A stretch of DNA of 64,000 nt from Candidatus Dormiibacterota bacterium (GCA_963718525.1 OY970355.1:1760001-1824000); one strand, 5' to 3'; shown: positions 1 to 9,917, numbered from the stretch's first letter. Notes: a model not told the origin generated them from the letters alone. Numbers and translations are program-made.

Positions 1-84
1 GTGCCGAGCGAGCAGCCGGTCGATCCGGCGCTCCGGTCTCCTCCGAGCCAGCCCGGCAAGAAGCACCATCACCACCACCACTGA
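1..84 (+). CDS. 3' end of a gene entering from the left edge; ends ...PGKKHHHHHH-stop
   Basis: Frame 1 is open from base 1 to TGA at 82-84; Pro-rich tail followed by six His codons. Confidence 0.5.
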   Translation: MPSEQPVDPALRSPPSQPGKKHHHHHH

Positions 85-125
85 CGGCTCTAAGGGGTAG
101 ACACTTCGGGCGGCATATATAGGTC

Positions 126-601
126 GTGATGAGCGACGCTGCGACGTTCGCCCTGGCTCCACTGAGGACAGCGATGGCGGCCCAATCGGCAGGCGAGGCG
201 ATGCGTGGCCAGAGCGTGATGCTCGACGACGTCTATGCAGCCGAGATTCAGCGGCTTGTCGCCCTGGGCACGGTGCTCGCCGGCGACGGCGCCGCGGGTG
301 AAGACCTTGCTCACGACGCCTTCCTCCGGCTTGTCCAGCGCGTCCGCCGCGATCCCGACTACCTGCGTGGGCCGGCGTGGCCGCTGCTGCGCACCATGGT
401 GGTCCGGCTCGCGATGCAGCGCCGCCGCGCCTGGGCGCGCGAGCTGCGCCGTCTCGCACGCGTGTGGCAGCCGGCGCCGAGTGAGGGCTGGGAGCCGAGC
501 GTCGCGGTGCTGGACTGGCACACCGCGCTGCAACAGCTGCCGCCGAGAATGCGGGCGACGGTGGTGCTGTTTTACGGCGAGGACCTCAGCACCGCGCAGA
601 C
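126..601 (+). pseudogene. ECF-type sigma-70 factor, truncated within region 4
   Basis: Region 2-like (VYAAEIQRLVALG...AGEDLAHDAFLRL) and start of region 4 (ALQQLPPRMRATVVLFYGEDLSTAQT); similarity stops before the HTH recognition helix and the frame runs into non-homologous sequence. Confidence 0.75.
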
Positions 602-1491
602 CCACGCGCGCCGTTGGAACGCAGGACCTCGGCGCGATGGAAGGCGGTCGTGGTCTTCGCTGGGGTCGTGGTCGTCATCAGCGGCGCTGTCGTCGGTGCG
701 TCCATCGCGTTGCGCGGCTCACCGGTGTCCCATCCTGCTCCCGCGAGTCGGTTCGGTCAATGGAAGGCGTTCCAGCTCGACCCGAACGGAGGAAGCAGCC
801 CGGATGCCATCTCCTGTCCCGATGCCAACCACTGCGTCGCGGTGGACTACAGCGGTAATGCAATCGCCTCGACGAATCCGGGCGGGGGAAACGCCGCATG
901 GACGATGACCCCGATCGAGTCGCTCCCATCCATCCCGGGAAATGGACCCGCGGTGATGACCGGCGTCTCTTGCGCCGATCCGTCACTGTGCGTGGCCGTC
1001 GATCAGAGCGGCAACGTCAGCACCTCCACGAACCCGGGTGGCCGAGTGGCCGCCTGGATCGTGAGCGGCATCGACGGTCAGGCGGCCCTCAGCGGCATCT
1101 CGTGTCCCGGCGAGGGCCTCTGCGTGGCGGTTGGTGGCCTCGAGCCCAACCACTCCGGGGTTGTTGTGACCTCCAAGGACCCGAGGGACGGGCCGCGTAC
1201 CTGGACTGTGACGGCCCTTGACAATGCCTCTGCGCTCACCGCGGTCTCGACAGCTCGACCATGTTCGACAGCGTCGCGTGCGTGCGTACACAGTTCTGCG
1301 TCGTCGGCGGACTCTCGGACCACGTCTACATGACCACTGATCCGACCGGCGGATCCGGCGCGTGGATATCGGTGCGCGTGGTATCGCAAGGCGAGGCGGC
1401 GATGTTCGGCCTGGCCTGCCCCAGCCAGGGCTTCTGCGTCGGCGTCGATGGCAGTGGCGGCGTCCACGTCTACACGAACCCGGGCGGGTAG
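602..1491 (+). pseudogene. Membrane-anchored protein with Cys-x4-Cys (SCPxxxxCVAV) repeats, probable anti-sigma/sensor; N-terminus lost and frameshifted near 1248
   Basis: TM helix WKAVVVFAGVVVVISGAVVGASIAL, then repeats ISCPDANHCVAVD, VSCADPSLCVAVD, ISCPGEGLCVAVG (ORF 614-1333); repeats continue in another frame as VACVRTQFCVVGG and LACPSQGFCVGVD (ORF 1261-1491). Confidence 0.65.
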
Positions 1492-1515
1492 CCGGCGCGT
1501 CACATACTGGCGAGC

Positions 1516-2331
1516 ATGGTCGACGTTGCTGACTTCGGTGACCTGCACCTCGTCGACGATGTCAGCAGCGCGGACTGGATCGTCGCCGGCGTGCGCAACT
1601 TCGAATATGACGTCGCGTCGCTGCTGCCAGTCACCTTCGAGGCGTACGCGCGGGTGCTCCACCCTGCGTCCCTCAGCGCCGGGAGTGGCGACACGGTCGA
1701 TGTTGCGTGGTCTGAGGTGGCTGCGGCGAACGGCCGCATCGCCCACGCCGCGATGGAATGGGTCGCCATCACGGGCGACTGGAAGTTCGAGCAGCACGCC
1801 GTGCAACCTGGTGTCTGGGACGCGCCGCCTTCAACGGGGTCCTTGCCACCGCGCAACGCTAGGAGCCTCGCCGACGTGCTCGGGAGATTCACCGCGACGC
1901 CATCCGAATGCTGGTTTGGCGTCTGGGAGGGATATGGCGGCGCTCCGTTTCAGCCCGGGACGGTGCCGCTCGTCGCGATGCCCCAGCGCAAGATGGCGCT
2001 GCTGCGAGGTCCGCTGCATGCGGCGGGCACCGCCTTCTCGGGAATGGGATGGCCCGAGAGCCCGAGTCTGTGGTGGCCGGATGACCACAGCTGGTGCGTC
2101 GCCACGGACATCGACCTGATGAGCACGTACATCGGCGGCAGCGCTCCGTGCGTCGAGGCGGTGCTCGCCGACGAGCGGTTGGAAGCCTTCGCCGTGACCG
2201 TCGACCAGACCGTGCACTGGCGGAGCGACACGATCAATCCCACCCCTGATCCGCCGCCACCAACGCGCGGTGTCAAACCGCACCGCTCATGGCGACGCCC
2301 GCAGCCGAGTCCTGGAATCCTTACGAGTTGA
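1516..2331 (+). CDS. Hypothetical protein
   Basis: 271 aa ORF with GC-rich codon usage, Trp-rich globular sequence (FEAYARVLHP, CWFGVWEGYG, PSLWWPDDHSWCVATDIDL); CATACT 7 nt upstream of the ATG. Confidence 0.75.
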   Translation: MVDVADFGDLHLVDDVSSADWIVAGVRNFEYDVASLLPVTFEAYARVLHPASLSAGSGDTVDVAWSEVAAANGRIAHAAMEWVAITGDWKFEQHAVQPGVWDAPPSTGSLPPRNARSLADVLGRFTATPSECWFGVWEGYGGAPFQPGTVPLVAMPQRKMALLRGPLHAAGTAFSGMGWPESPSLWWPDDHSWCVATDIDLMSTYIGGSAPCVEAVLADERLEAFAVTVDQTVHWRSDTINPTPDPPPPTRGVKPHRSWRRPQPSPGILTS

Positions 2332-2770
2332 GGGCCGCGACCAGCTCCTCCTGGAGATACCCCAGGGCGATGAGCACGCCGTACTCGGGCTTCTGCTTGG
2401 TCGCGTCGGTCGCGGTATCCTCCCAGCCATCGCCCTCGATACCGAGGATCTCCCCGGCAGCGACGCGGAGGTGATTGAAGGCTCGGAGCCATGCGAGCGT
2501 CTGGGCCTCCGTGAGCGGGAGGGTGTCCTCGCCGCCGCTGAGGGCATCCCGCACCATGGTCAGGTCGACCTCGCGGCCCTTCTCGATGTCCGGGCGTACC
2601 CAGCGGTCGTACTCGGCCTGAAGCTTGGCGTCGTCATAGGCGCGCGGCGCGGAGGCCAACGGTGCGGCGAGCCGGGGGCTGAGCGAATCGATGATCCCGA
2701 TCAGCGCCTCGCGTTCGCTCCTGTTGACCTTCACCTGGATCCGCCCGCGGCGACGGAGCACCTGAGCCAC
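2321..2770 (-). CDS. DUF2017-like protein
   Basis: Directly downstream of clpS as in Actinobacteria; motif LTEAQTLAWLRAFNHLRVAAGEILGI...LGYLQEELVAAL. Confidence 0.75.
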   Translation of the reverse strand: MAQVLRRRGRIQVKVNRSEREALIGIIDSLSPRLAAPLASAPRAYDDAKLQAEYDRWVRPDIEKGREVDLTMVRDALSGGEDTLPLTEAQTLAWLRAFNHLRVAAGEILGIEGDGWEDTATDATKQKPEYGVLIALGYLQEELVAALNS

Positions 2771-2790
2771 GTACCGAGCTCCCCGGGAAC

Positions 2791-3102
2791 TCAGGGACGG
2801 CCCAGGGTCGCCTGGAGCCCGAACGAGTGGAGCTGCGCGACGGACACCTCGGCCTGCTCTCGCGGCTGGGTCGCGACCACGGCGCGTCCCTCGTTGTGCA
2901 CCTGGAGCATCAGCCGCGTCGCGGTGGCATGGTCGTAGCCGAACAGGCGGCGGAGCACGAGCACCACGTAGGACATGAGCGTGATCGGGTCATTCCACAC
3001 CATCACGTTCCAGCCGAACTCGCGTTGGTCGCGCTCCTGGCGGCCGGGTGCCTTCGCCGGGGCCGGGGCCTTCGTCGGCGTGGGCGCGGAGGTGGTCGCC
3101 AT
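2791..3102 (-). CDS. clpS: ATP-dependent Clp protease adaptor ClpS
   Basis: VWNDPITLMSYVVLVL...LMLQVHNEGRAVV...REQAE...LHSFGLQATL signature. Confidence 0.95.
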   Translation of the reverse strand: MATTSAPTPTKAPAPAKAPGRQERDQREFGWNVMVWNDPITLMSYVVLVLRRLFGYDHATATRLMLQVHNEGRAVVATQPREQAEVSVAQLHSFGLQATLGRP

Positions 3103-3207
3103 GCACCTAGCGTAGCTCAGGTCCCGTCGTGCGTACCACCGCCGATCGGTTCCTTCCGCCCCCTCCTCAAGCTGCCGGCAACGGGGCTCCCGAAGGAGCG
3201 ACGTCGC

Positions 3208-3528
3208 TCAGGCGGCGCGGAAGTCGACGACGCCCGCCCACGCGGACGGAGTCCGTGAGGGCTGGGCTGCAGGAGCCGTTGTCGGTGCCGCCACTCCGTC
3301 GAGCACCGCTTGCAGCGGAAGCTCACAGTTGTGGCACACGATCCAGATGGGACCCGGCTCGCTGACCCGTCGTTCGAGACGGTGGCGCTCGCCGCATTCC
3401 TCGCAGGTGATGGTCACTCGCATTTCGTGGCGCAGCGTCGCACGGCGGCTGCGACGCCTCGCTGATGGCACTGTCGCGGGCGCGGCAACTCCCTGCAACG
3501 AATCGGCGAAAGAGGGCCGATCTGCCAT
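3208..3528 (-). CDS. Small putative zinc-ribbon protein
   Basis: Two CxxC pairs (CEEC...CHNC) in a beta-rich core; start chosen at ATG 3528. Confidence 0.6.
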   Translation of the reverse strand: MADRPSFADSLQGVAAPATVPSARRRSRRATLRHEMRVTITCEECGERHRLERRVSEPGPIWIVCHNCELPLQAVLDGVAAPTTAPAAQPSRTPSAWAGVVDFRAA

Positions 3529-3673
3529 GGGTGATACACTCGGCGAGATCGTGATGGCATTGGCGCAAACGCGCCATTCACCGCTCAAATACGATCATTT
3601 GAAGGCGAAAGCCCGCATCCCTGACCGGCGAGATGGATTGATCTAAGGCAGGAGTACGAGCCAAAGGAGTGCA

Positions 3674-5191
3674 TTGACCCCGACGACGGCCCAGGAGCCT
3701 GAGACGCTCACTATGGAGGACCTCCTGCGGGAGGATCAGAACTCAATCAGGGCCCTGGCCCACGGTGACATCGTCGATGGTGTCGTGGTCCGCGTCGATC
3801 CCGACGAGGTGCTCGTCGACATCGGTGCGAAGAGTGAAGGGATCATCTCGAACCGCGAGCTGTCGGCACGCGGCGAGCAGCCCGTCACCCTCAACTCCGG
3901 CGATCAGGTCAAGGTCTACATCATCCAGCCAGAGGACGAGCACGGCAATGTGGTGCTCAGCCTGCGCAAGGCGCGCGCCGAAGGCATCTGGCAGGCGGTC
4001 GCGGAGAAGGAGTCGGAGGGCGAGATCCTCGACGCCGAGGTTCGCGAGCAGAACAAGGGCGAACTCATTGTCAACATCATGGGGCTGCGCGGATTCCTGC
4101 CCAGCAGCCAGGTGGCGCGCCAGTTCAGCGGCAACCTCATGGAGCTGGTCGGCACCAAGATCCCGGTCAAGATCCTCGAGGTCAACCGCAAGCGCAACCG
4201 GCTCATCGTGTCGCAGCGCGCGGCGCAGGATGAGGATCGCGCGCGCCAGCGCGAGGAGCTCTTCGAGAAGCTCAAGGTGGGCGACGTCATCACCGGCAAG
4301 GTGAGCGGCGTGACCTCGTACGGTGCGTTCGTCAACCTGGGCGGCGCCGACGGGCTCATCCACATCAGCGAGCTCTCCTGGGACCGCATCAACAACGTGA
4401 GCGACGTGCTCACCGTCGGCGATGAGCTGTCGGTCAAGGTCATCAAGCTCGACCCCGAGCTGTCGCGCATCAGCCTCTCGCTGCGCCAGATGTCACAGGA
4501 TCCCTGGGACACCATCGAGCAGCAGTTCCCGCCGGGCAAGGCGGTCCCCGGCATCGTCACCAAGACCAAGAAGTACGGGGCGTTCCTCCAGATCGCCGAC
4601 GGCGTCGAGGGACTCCTGCATATCAGTGAGCTGTCGTGGGATCACGTCGAACGCACCGAAGATGTGCTCAAGGTCGGCGAGGAGGTCGAGGTCATGGTGC
4701 TCAGCGCGGACAAGGTTCGCCGCCGCATCAGCCTCTCGCTGCGCCAGCTGCATGGCGGTGGACCGACCGGCGAGGGCGACGAGATCACCCCACCCTCATA
4801 TGACTATCCCGAAGATGACGATGACGAAAGCGAGACCGTTGTCACGGCGGTAACGCCGATGGCCGCGGCGCTCACCGACGCGGGCGTGGAGGGCACCACT
4901 CGCGCATCCGTTGAGGAAGCTGTCGCGGCCGGCACCGCCACCGCTGAGGAGATTGCCGCTGACAACGCGTTGGCGGACGACGCCGCTGCGTTCGACGAGG
5001 TCGCCGATGACGCCGCCGACGACGTCGAGTCAGAGCTTGAGGCTGAGGTCGAAGAGGCCGCTGAGGCGACTGCCGCGGACGAGGCGGGGGCCGCCGAAGG
5101 CGCGGAAGGCGCACCCGAACCTGCGCCGGACACGGCGGCTGTTGCGGCCGCCGAAAGCGCCGATATCGAGGCTGCGCAACCCAAAGCCTAG
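3674..5191 (+). CDS. rpsA: 30S ribosomal protein S1 (four S1 domains plus acidic tail)
   Basis: VDIGAKSEG, GLRGFLPSSQ, YGAFVNLGGADGLIHISELSW, YGAFLQIADGVEGLLHISELSW; AAAGGAG SD before a TTG start. Confidence 0.95.
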   Translation: MTPTTAQEPETLTMEDLLREDQNSIRALAHGDIVDGVVVRVDPDEVLVDIGAKSEGIISNRELSARGEQPVTLNSGDQVKVYIIQPEDEHGNVVLSLRKARAEGIWQAVAEKESEGEILDAEVREQNKGELIVNIMGLRGFLPSSQVARQFSGNLMELVGTKIPVKILEVNRKRNRLIVSQRAAQDEDRARQREELFEKLKVGDVITGKVSGVTSYGAFVNLGGADGLIHISELSWDRINNVSDVLTVGDELSVKVIKLDPELSRISLSLRQMSQDPWDTIEQQFPPGKAVPGIVTKTKKYGAFLQIADGVEGLLHISELSWDHVERTEDVLKVGEEVEVMVLSADKVRRRISLSLRQLHGGGPTGEGDEITPPSYDYPEDDDDESETVVTAVTPMAAALTDAGVEGTTRASVEEAVAAGTATAEEIAADNALADDAAAFDEVADDAADDVESELEAEVEEAAEATAADEAGAAEGAEGAPEPAPDTAAVAAAESADIEAAQPKA

Positions 5192-5382
5192 GGCGCAGGC
5201 ACCAGGCCGGCGACCGTCGCTGTTGTGCATAGCGACGTGGTCGTTTCGACGTGGGCACCAGCCCGTATTTGCAAAGTTGCTTAGCTGTCGACCCACCCGG
5301 GTACTATGGGGGACGTTACGGCAGTGCCCGGGCTCTGACCCTTTCCATCCACGGGGGGGCCGGAAGGGCAATGGAGGCGGTT

Positions 5383-7914
5383 TTGTACCCGTTCGAGCGC
5401 TTCACCGAAAGGGCGAAGAAGGTGCTCACGCTTGCGCAGGAAGAGGCCGAGCGTTCGCACCACTCGTACATCGGAACAGAGCACCTGCTGCTTGGTTTGC
5501 TCCGCGAAGGGGAGGGACTTGCGGCCAAGGTCCTGAACAACCTCGGCGTGGAGATCAACAAGGTTCGCAGCACGATTGAGTCGGTGCTCGGCCGCAATGA
5601 GCGGATCATCATCCAGCAGATCATCCCGACGTCGCGCGTGAAGAAGGTCATCGAGATCTCCTTCGAAGAGGCGCGGCGGATGGGCAACAACTATGTGGGC
5701 ACCGAACATCTTCTGCTCGGTCTGCTCATCGAGGGTGAGGGCATCGCCGCCCACGTCCTCGAGGATCTCGGCGCCAACCTCGAGAAGGTTCGCGGCGAGA
5801 TCGACAAGCTGCTCCACGAGTCCGGGATCGACGAGGAGTCGAAGGAGGCGCAGAAGAAGCCGTCCAAGACTCCGCTGCTCGACCAGTTCTGCCGCGACCT
5901 CACCGACCTTGCCATCAAGAACTCGCTGGACCCGGTGATCGGCCGCGCTATGGAGATCGAGCGCGTCGTGCAGATCCTCAGCCGGCGCACCAAGAACAAC
6001 CCCGCGCTCATCGGTGAGCCGGGCGTTGGCAAGACCGCTATCGCGGAAGGTCTCGCGCAGCAGATCATCCTCGGCAACATCCCCGAGTCGCTCATGGGCA
6101 AGCGCGTGCTCACGCTCGACATGGGTGCGCTGGTTGCGGGCACCAAGTACCGCGGCGAGTTCGAGGAACGGCTCAAGAAGATCCTTGACGAGATTCGTGC
6201 GTCGCGCGAGGTCATCCTCTTCATCGACGAGCTGCACACGCTCGTCGGCGCCGGCGCGGCCGAGGGTGCGATCGACGCTGCGAACATCCTCAAGCCGGCG
6301 CTTGCGCGCGGCGAGATTCAGTGCATCGGCGCCACCACGCTCAACGAGTACCGCAAGTACATCGAGAAGGATGCAGCGCTGGAGCGCCGCTTCCAGCCGG
6401 TGTTCGTCGACGAGCCGTCGCTCGCAGAGACCATCGAGATCCTGCACGGCATCCGTCCGTTGTACGAGAAGCACCATCGCGTGAAGATCACCGACGACGC
6501 GCTCAAAGCAGCTGCGGAGCTGTCGGTGCGCTACGTCAGCGACCGCTCGCTTCCGGACAAGGCGATCGACCTCATCGATGAGGCGAGCGCGCGCGTGCGT
6601 ATGAAGCTCACCACCACGCCGGAAGAGCTGCGCTCGATGCAGCGTGAGATTCGTGAGCTGCAGACGCAGAAGGAAGAGGCGATCGCGGCGCAGGACTACG
6701 AGACCGCGGCCAACTTCCGCGACAAGGAAAAGAAGCTCAAGGACAAGTACGTCTCCGAGGAGACCAAGTGGCGTGACGAGCTCGGTGCGACCGTCCCGGA
6801 CGTCACCGAGGAGCACATCGCCGAGATCATCTCGTCGTGGACCGGCGTGCCGGTCTCGCGCCTCGTCGAAGAGGAGACGTCGCGCCTGCTCCGCATGGAA
6901 GAGGAGATCCACAAGCGCCTCATCGGCCAGGACGATGCTGTGAAGGTCATCTCCCAGGCGGTGCGCCGTGCGCGTGCAGGCCTCAAGGACGCCAAGCGGC
7001 CGATCGGTTCGTTCATGTTCCTCGGCCCGACAGGCGTCGGCAAGACCGAGCTCTCGCGCGCGCTCGCGGCCTTCCTGTTCGACAACGAGGACGCCATCAT
7101 CCGGCTCGACATGAGTGAGTTCATGGAGCGCCATTCCACCGCGCGACTGGTCGGGTCGCCGCCAGGGTACGTCGGCTACGACGAGGGTGGCCAGCTCACC
7201 GAAGCCGTGCGCCGTCGCCCGTACTCGGTCGTGCTCTTCGACGAGATCGAGAAGGCGCACCCCGAGGTTTTCAACATGCTGTTGCAGATCCTCGAGGATG
7301 GCCGCCTCAGCGACGCCAAGGGCAAGGCGGTCAACTTCGCCAACACGATCATCATCATGACCAGCAACCTCGGTGTGCACGGGCTGAAGCTCAACATGTC
7401 GCTCGGGTTCCAGCCGGCCGTGCCGGATGAGCGGGCGTCATCGTCGGAGCACGGCAAGATGCGCGACAGCATCATGGACGAGCTCAAGAAGCAGTTCCGT
7501 CCCGAGTTCCTCAACCGTGTCGATGCGGTGGTGGTCTTCCAGCGCCTCGACCATCCGCAGATGCGCCAGATCGTTGATCTGTTGCTCGCCAAGGTGGCGC
7601 TGCACCTCGCAGCTCAGGAGCTGACCTTCACCGTCTCCGACGAGGCCAAGGAGAAGCTCGTCATCGAGGGGTTCGACAAGATCTACGGAGCGCGTCCGCT
7701 GCGACGGGTGATCCAGCGCGTCATCGAGGACCCGCTGAGCGAGGAGTTGCTCCGCCTCAAGCACGGGCCCGGCGATACGGTGATCGTCGAGGTGGTCGAA
7801 GACGAGGTGAAGATGCGCCTCGTGCCCAAGGGCGTCCGCCGCGAGAAGAAGGAAAAGGCCGAAGCGGTCGCCAGCGCGGCGGCCGGTCCGCCGAGCGCTC
7901 CTCCCACGGAGTAG
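5383..7914 (+). CDS. clpC: ATP-dependent Clp protease ATP-binding subunit ClpC
   Basis: Two ClpN repeats (YIGTEHLLLGLL), Walker A motifs GEPGVGKT and GPTGVGKT, short UVR-type middle domain; GGAGG before TTG 5383 (ATG 5371 is an alternative start). Confidence 0.95.
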   Translation: MYPFERFTERAKKVLTLAQEEAERSHHSYIGTEHLLLGLLREGEGLAAKVLNNLGVEINKVRSTIESVLGRNERIIIQQIIPTSRVKKVIEISFEEARRMGNNYVGTEHLLLGLLIEGEGIAAHVLEDLGANLEKVRGEIDKLLHESGIDEESKEAQKKPSKTPLLDQFCRDLTDLAIKNSLDPVIGRAMEIERVVQILSRRTKNNPALIGEPGVGKTAIAEGLAQQIILGNIPESLMGKRVLTLDMGALVAGTKYRGEFEERLKKILDEIRASREVILFIDELHTLVGAGAAEGAIDAANILKPALARGEIQCIGATTLNEYRKYIEKDAALERRFQPVFVDEPSLAETIEILHGIRPLYEKHHRVKITDDALKAAAELSVRYVSDRSLPDKAIDLIDEASARVRMKLTTTPEELRSMQREIRELQTQKEEAIAAQDYETAANFRDKEKKLKDKYVSEETKWRDELGATVPDVTEEHIAEIISSWTGVPVSRLVEEETSRLLRMEEEIHKRLIGQDDAVKVISQAVRRARAGLKDAKRPIGSFMFLGPTGVGKTELSRALAAFLFDNEDAIIRLDMSEFMERHSTARLVGSPPGYVGYDEGGQLTEAVRRRPYSVVLFDEIEKAHPEVFNMLLQILEDGRLSDAKGKAVNFANTIIIMTSNLGVHGLKLNMSLGFQPAVPDERASSSEHGKMRDSIMDELKKQFRPEFLNRVDAVVVFQRLDHPQMRQIVDLLLAKVALHLAAQELTFTVSDEAKEKLVIEGFDKIYGARPLRRVIQRVIEDPLSEELLRLKHGPGDTVIVEVVEDEVKMRLVPKGVRREKKEKAEAVASAAAGPPSAPPTE

Positions 7915-7944
7915 TCAGCCGCGTCAGCGATCCACCTTCGCGGC

Positions 7945-8994
7945 GTGGTCCTCCCCGGCGAGGAGATGCTCGACCTCTGGGTCGACGGTGATCGGATTTC
8001 GCACGAGGCAATCCCTGGCGCCGAGACCGTGATGGATGGCGGCTGGCTGCTTCCGGGATTGGTTGACGTGCACACCCATCCGGGCGCGGACGCGCCTGGC
8101 GATCCCCTCGATGATGCGCTGCTGCGTCGAGATGCCGAGGCGCATCGCGATTCCGGCGTGACGCTCTTTCGCGCTCCGGGCGCGGCGGGACGATTGCCGG
8201 CGTGGCTCGGCGACGATCCGGATCTCCCGCGTGTCCAGTCGGCGGGACCATGGCTCGCGACAGAGAAAGGATTCTTTCCCGGGTGGGGGCGTCGCGAGAG
8301 TTTGGAGATGCTCCCGGACGCCGCCGTCGAGGAAGCCAAGGCGTCGGGCGGCTGGTGCAAGGTCATCGCGGATTGGTCGTTCGACGACGAGCCGGTCCGG
8401 CGCTATGGCCCGACGGTGCCCCCGGATGTCCTTCAGGAGATCGTCATGCGCGTCCATGCCATCGGCGGTCGCGTGGCTGTGCACAGCCAGCACGAGGACG
8501 GATGCTCGGCTGCCGTTCTCGCCGGAGCGGATTCGCTGGAACATGGCATGCATCTCCGCCTGGATCTGCTCGATCGGATGGCTGAGCAGGGAACCGTGCT
8601 GGTGCCGACGATGTGCGCGTTCTCGGGCATCAAGGACAGCCTGCGCCGGCAACCGCCGGAACCCGACGCCTGGGGGCGTTGGAGGTCGGTCGGATGGGAG
8701 CGGCATCCCAATCTTGTCCGCAGCGCATATGAGGCGGGCGTGACCATTCTCGCCGGCACAGATGGTGCTGCCGGCATCATCGCCGACGAGGTCGATTGTC
8801 TGGTGGCGGCAGGCGTGCCCGGAGATGTCGCCGTCGGCGCCGCGTCGTGGCTCGCGCGATCCTGGCTGGGTTTCGGCGGCCTCGAACATGGCGCCCCTGC
8901 GGACATCGTCGGTTACGACGAGGATCCGCGCGCGCATCCCGCCGTGCTCCGCCGACCCACCCGCATCATCCTGCGGGGCCGTATCGTCCGCTGA
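7945..8994 (+). CDS. Amidohydrolase family protein
   Basis: LLPGLVDVHTHP, VAVHS, DSLEHG, ILAGTDG and GAPADIV metal-binding motifs; true start uncertain. Confidence 0.88.
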   Translation: MVLPGEEMLDLWVDGDRISHEAIPGAETVMDGGWLLPGLVDVHTHPGADAPGDPLDDALLRRDAEAHRDSGVTLFRAPGAAGRLPAWLGDDPDLPRVQSAGPWLATEKGFFPGWGRRESLEMLPDAAVEEAKASGGWCKVIADWSFDDEPVRRYGPTVPPDVLQEIVMRVHAIGGRVAVHSQHEDGCSAAVLAGADSLEHGMHLRLDLLDRMAEQGTVLVPTMCAFSGIKDSLRRQPPEPDAWGRWRSVGWERHPNLVRSAYEAGVTILAGTDGAAGIIADEVDCLVAAGVPGDVAVGAASWLARSWLGFGGLEHGAPADIVGYDEDPRAHPAVLRRPTRIILRGRIVR

Positions 8995-9108
8995 GCTTCG
9001 ATCGGGAGGGACGCCCGCGGTCGGCGCGCTAGTAACCACTGAGCTCGTTGGCCGCCTTTCCAGCGCTCTGTATCGTGCGGCCCATCTGTCAGCGATATGG
9101 AGGGACGC

Positions 9109-9795
9109 GTGGTGACGTTCATCAACACCAACGGGATGGCATTCTTCGGACCAGGCTCGGAGTGGTTCTGGGCCGCGCTCCAGTTCACGGCCCTGCTGGT
9201 CACGTTCATCGCGATTTATCGCCAACTCCGAATAGGCCGGAGCCAGCGTGCGGTTGAGCAGGTCGCCCTGTATACGCGCCAGCTCGAGGACGAGCGTATG
9301 TGTCGCCATCAACTCGCGATCCTAGTCGCCCTCCGCGACGGCGCATCGATACCCCGCGCGGCAGGGAACGCGATTAGCAACTACTTTGAAACGTTAGGCT
9401 CGCTCGGCCGGAGCGGGCACCTTGACATGCAGCAGCTTTGGGGCTTGTTCAGCCTAACTGCCGAAGGGTGGTGGACGATCCTGCAGCCGTACACCCGGGA
9501 GGCCCGCGCTGAGCTCGGCGACACCGTCGGTGAGAACTTCGAGTGGCTTGTCGGAGCGTTTGAGAGGATGGATCGTCGAGGAAAGACAACGCCGGCGCTA
9601 GACGCGATTGTTGCGAGATGGCTTGTGGGTGGCGCGATTGAACGCCTCGAAGACAATATCCGGGTCGAGCAGGAGCTTCGCGCCGTGATCATCGCGTCGC
9701 CGCACGGCCGCGACGCTGCCCAAGTAGCAGCCGCTGCATCGGCTCAAACTCCCAGCCCGACGGCTCAAAACGAACAGAGCCCCCAGGCCGACTGA
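9109..9795 (+). CDS. Hypothetical protein with N-terminal TM helix (DUF4760-like)
   Basis: GGAGG before GTG; TM WFWAALQFTALLVTFIAIYRQLR; NYFETLGSL...GHLD...ENFEWL pattern. Confidence 0.6.
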   Translation: MVTFINTNGMAFFGPGSEWFWAALQFTALLVTFIAIYRQLRIGRSQRAVEQVALYTRQLEDERMCRHQLAILVALRDGASIPRAAGNAISNYFETLGSLGRSGHLDMQQLWGLFSLTAEGWWTILQPYTREARAELGDTVGENFEWLVGAFERMDRRGKTTPALDAIVARWLVGGAIERLEDNIRVEQELRAVIIASPHGRDAAQVAAAASAQTPSPTAQNEQSPQAD

Positions 9796-9917
9796 CCACA
9801 CCGTGAAGGAGTGCAGATCGCGAGGTCGAATGCGCAAATCATCCCCGCCTTGTCTGATCTGTTGAACTGCATCGGGAGGTCGTGACCGCCGCCCTTGACG
9901 TGGGGTCGCCAGCGCAC

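Noticed and set aside
5281-7380. 699 aa antisense ORF, and similar ones at 13151-15856, 19145-20794, 7924-9312 and 26590-28416
   Set aside because: Shadow ORFs of well-supported genes, expected from GC-rich codon bias; no motifs of their own
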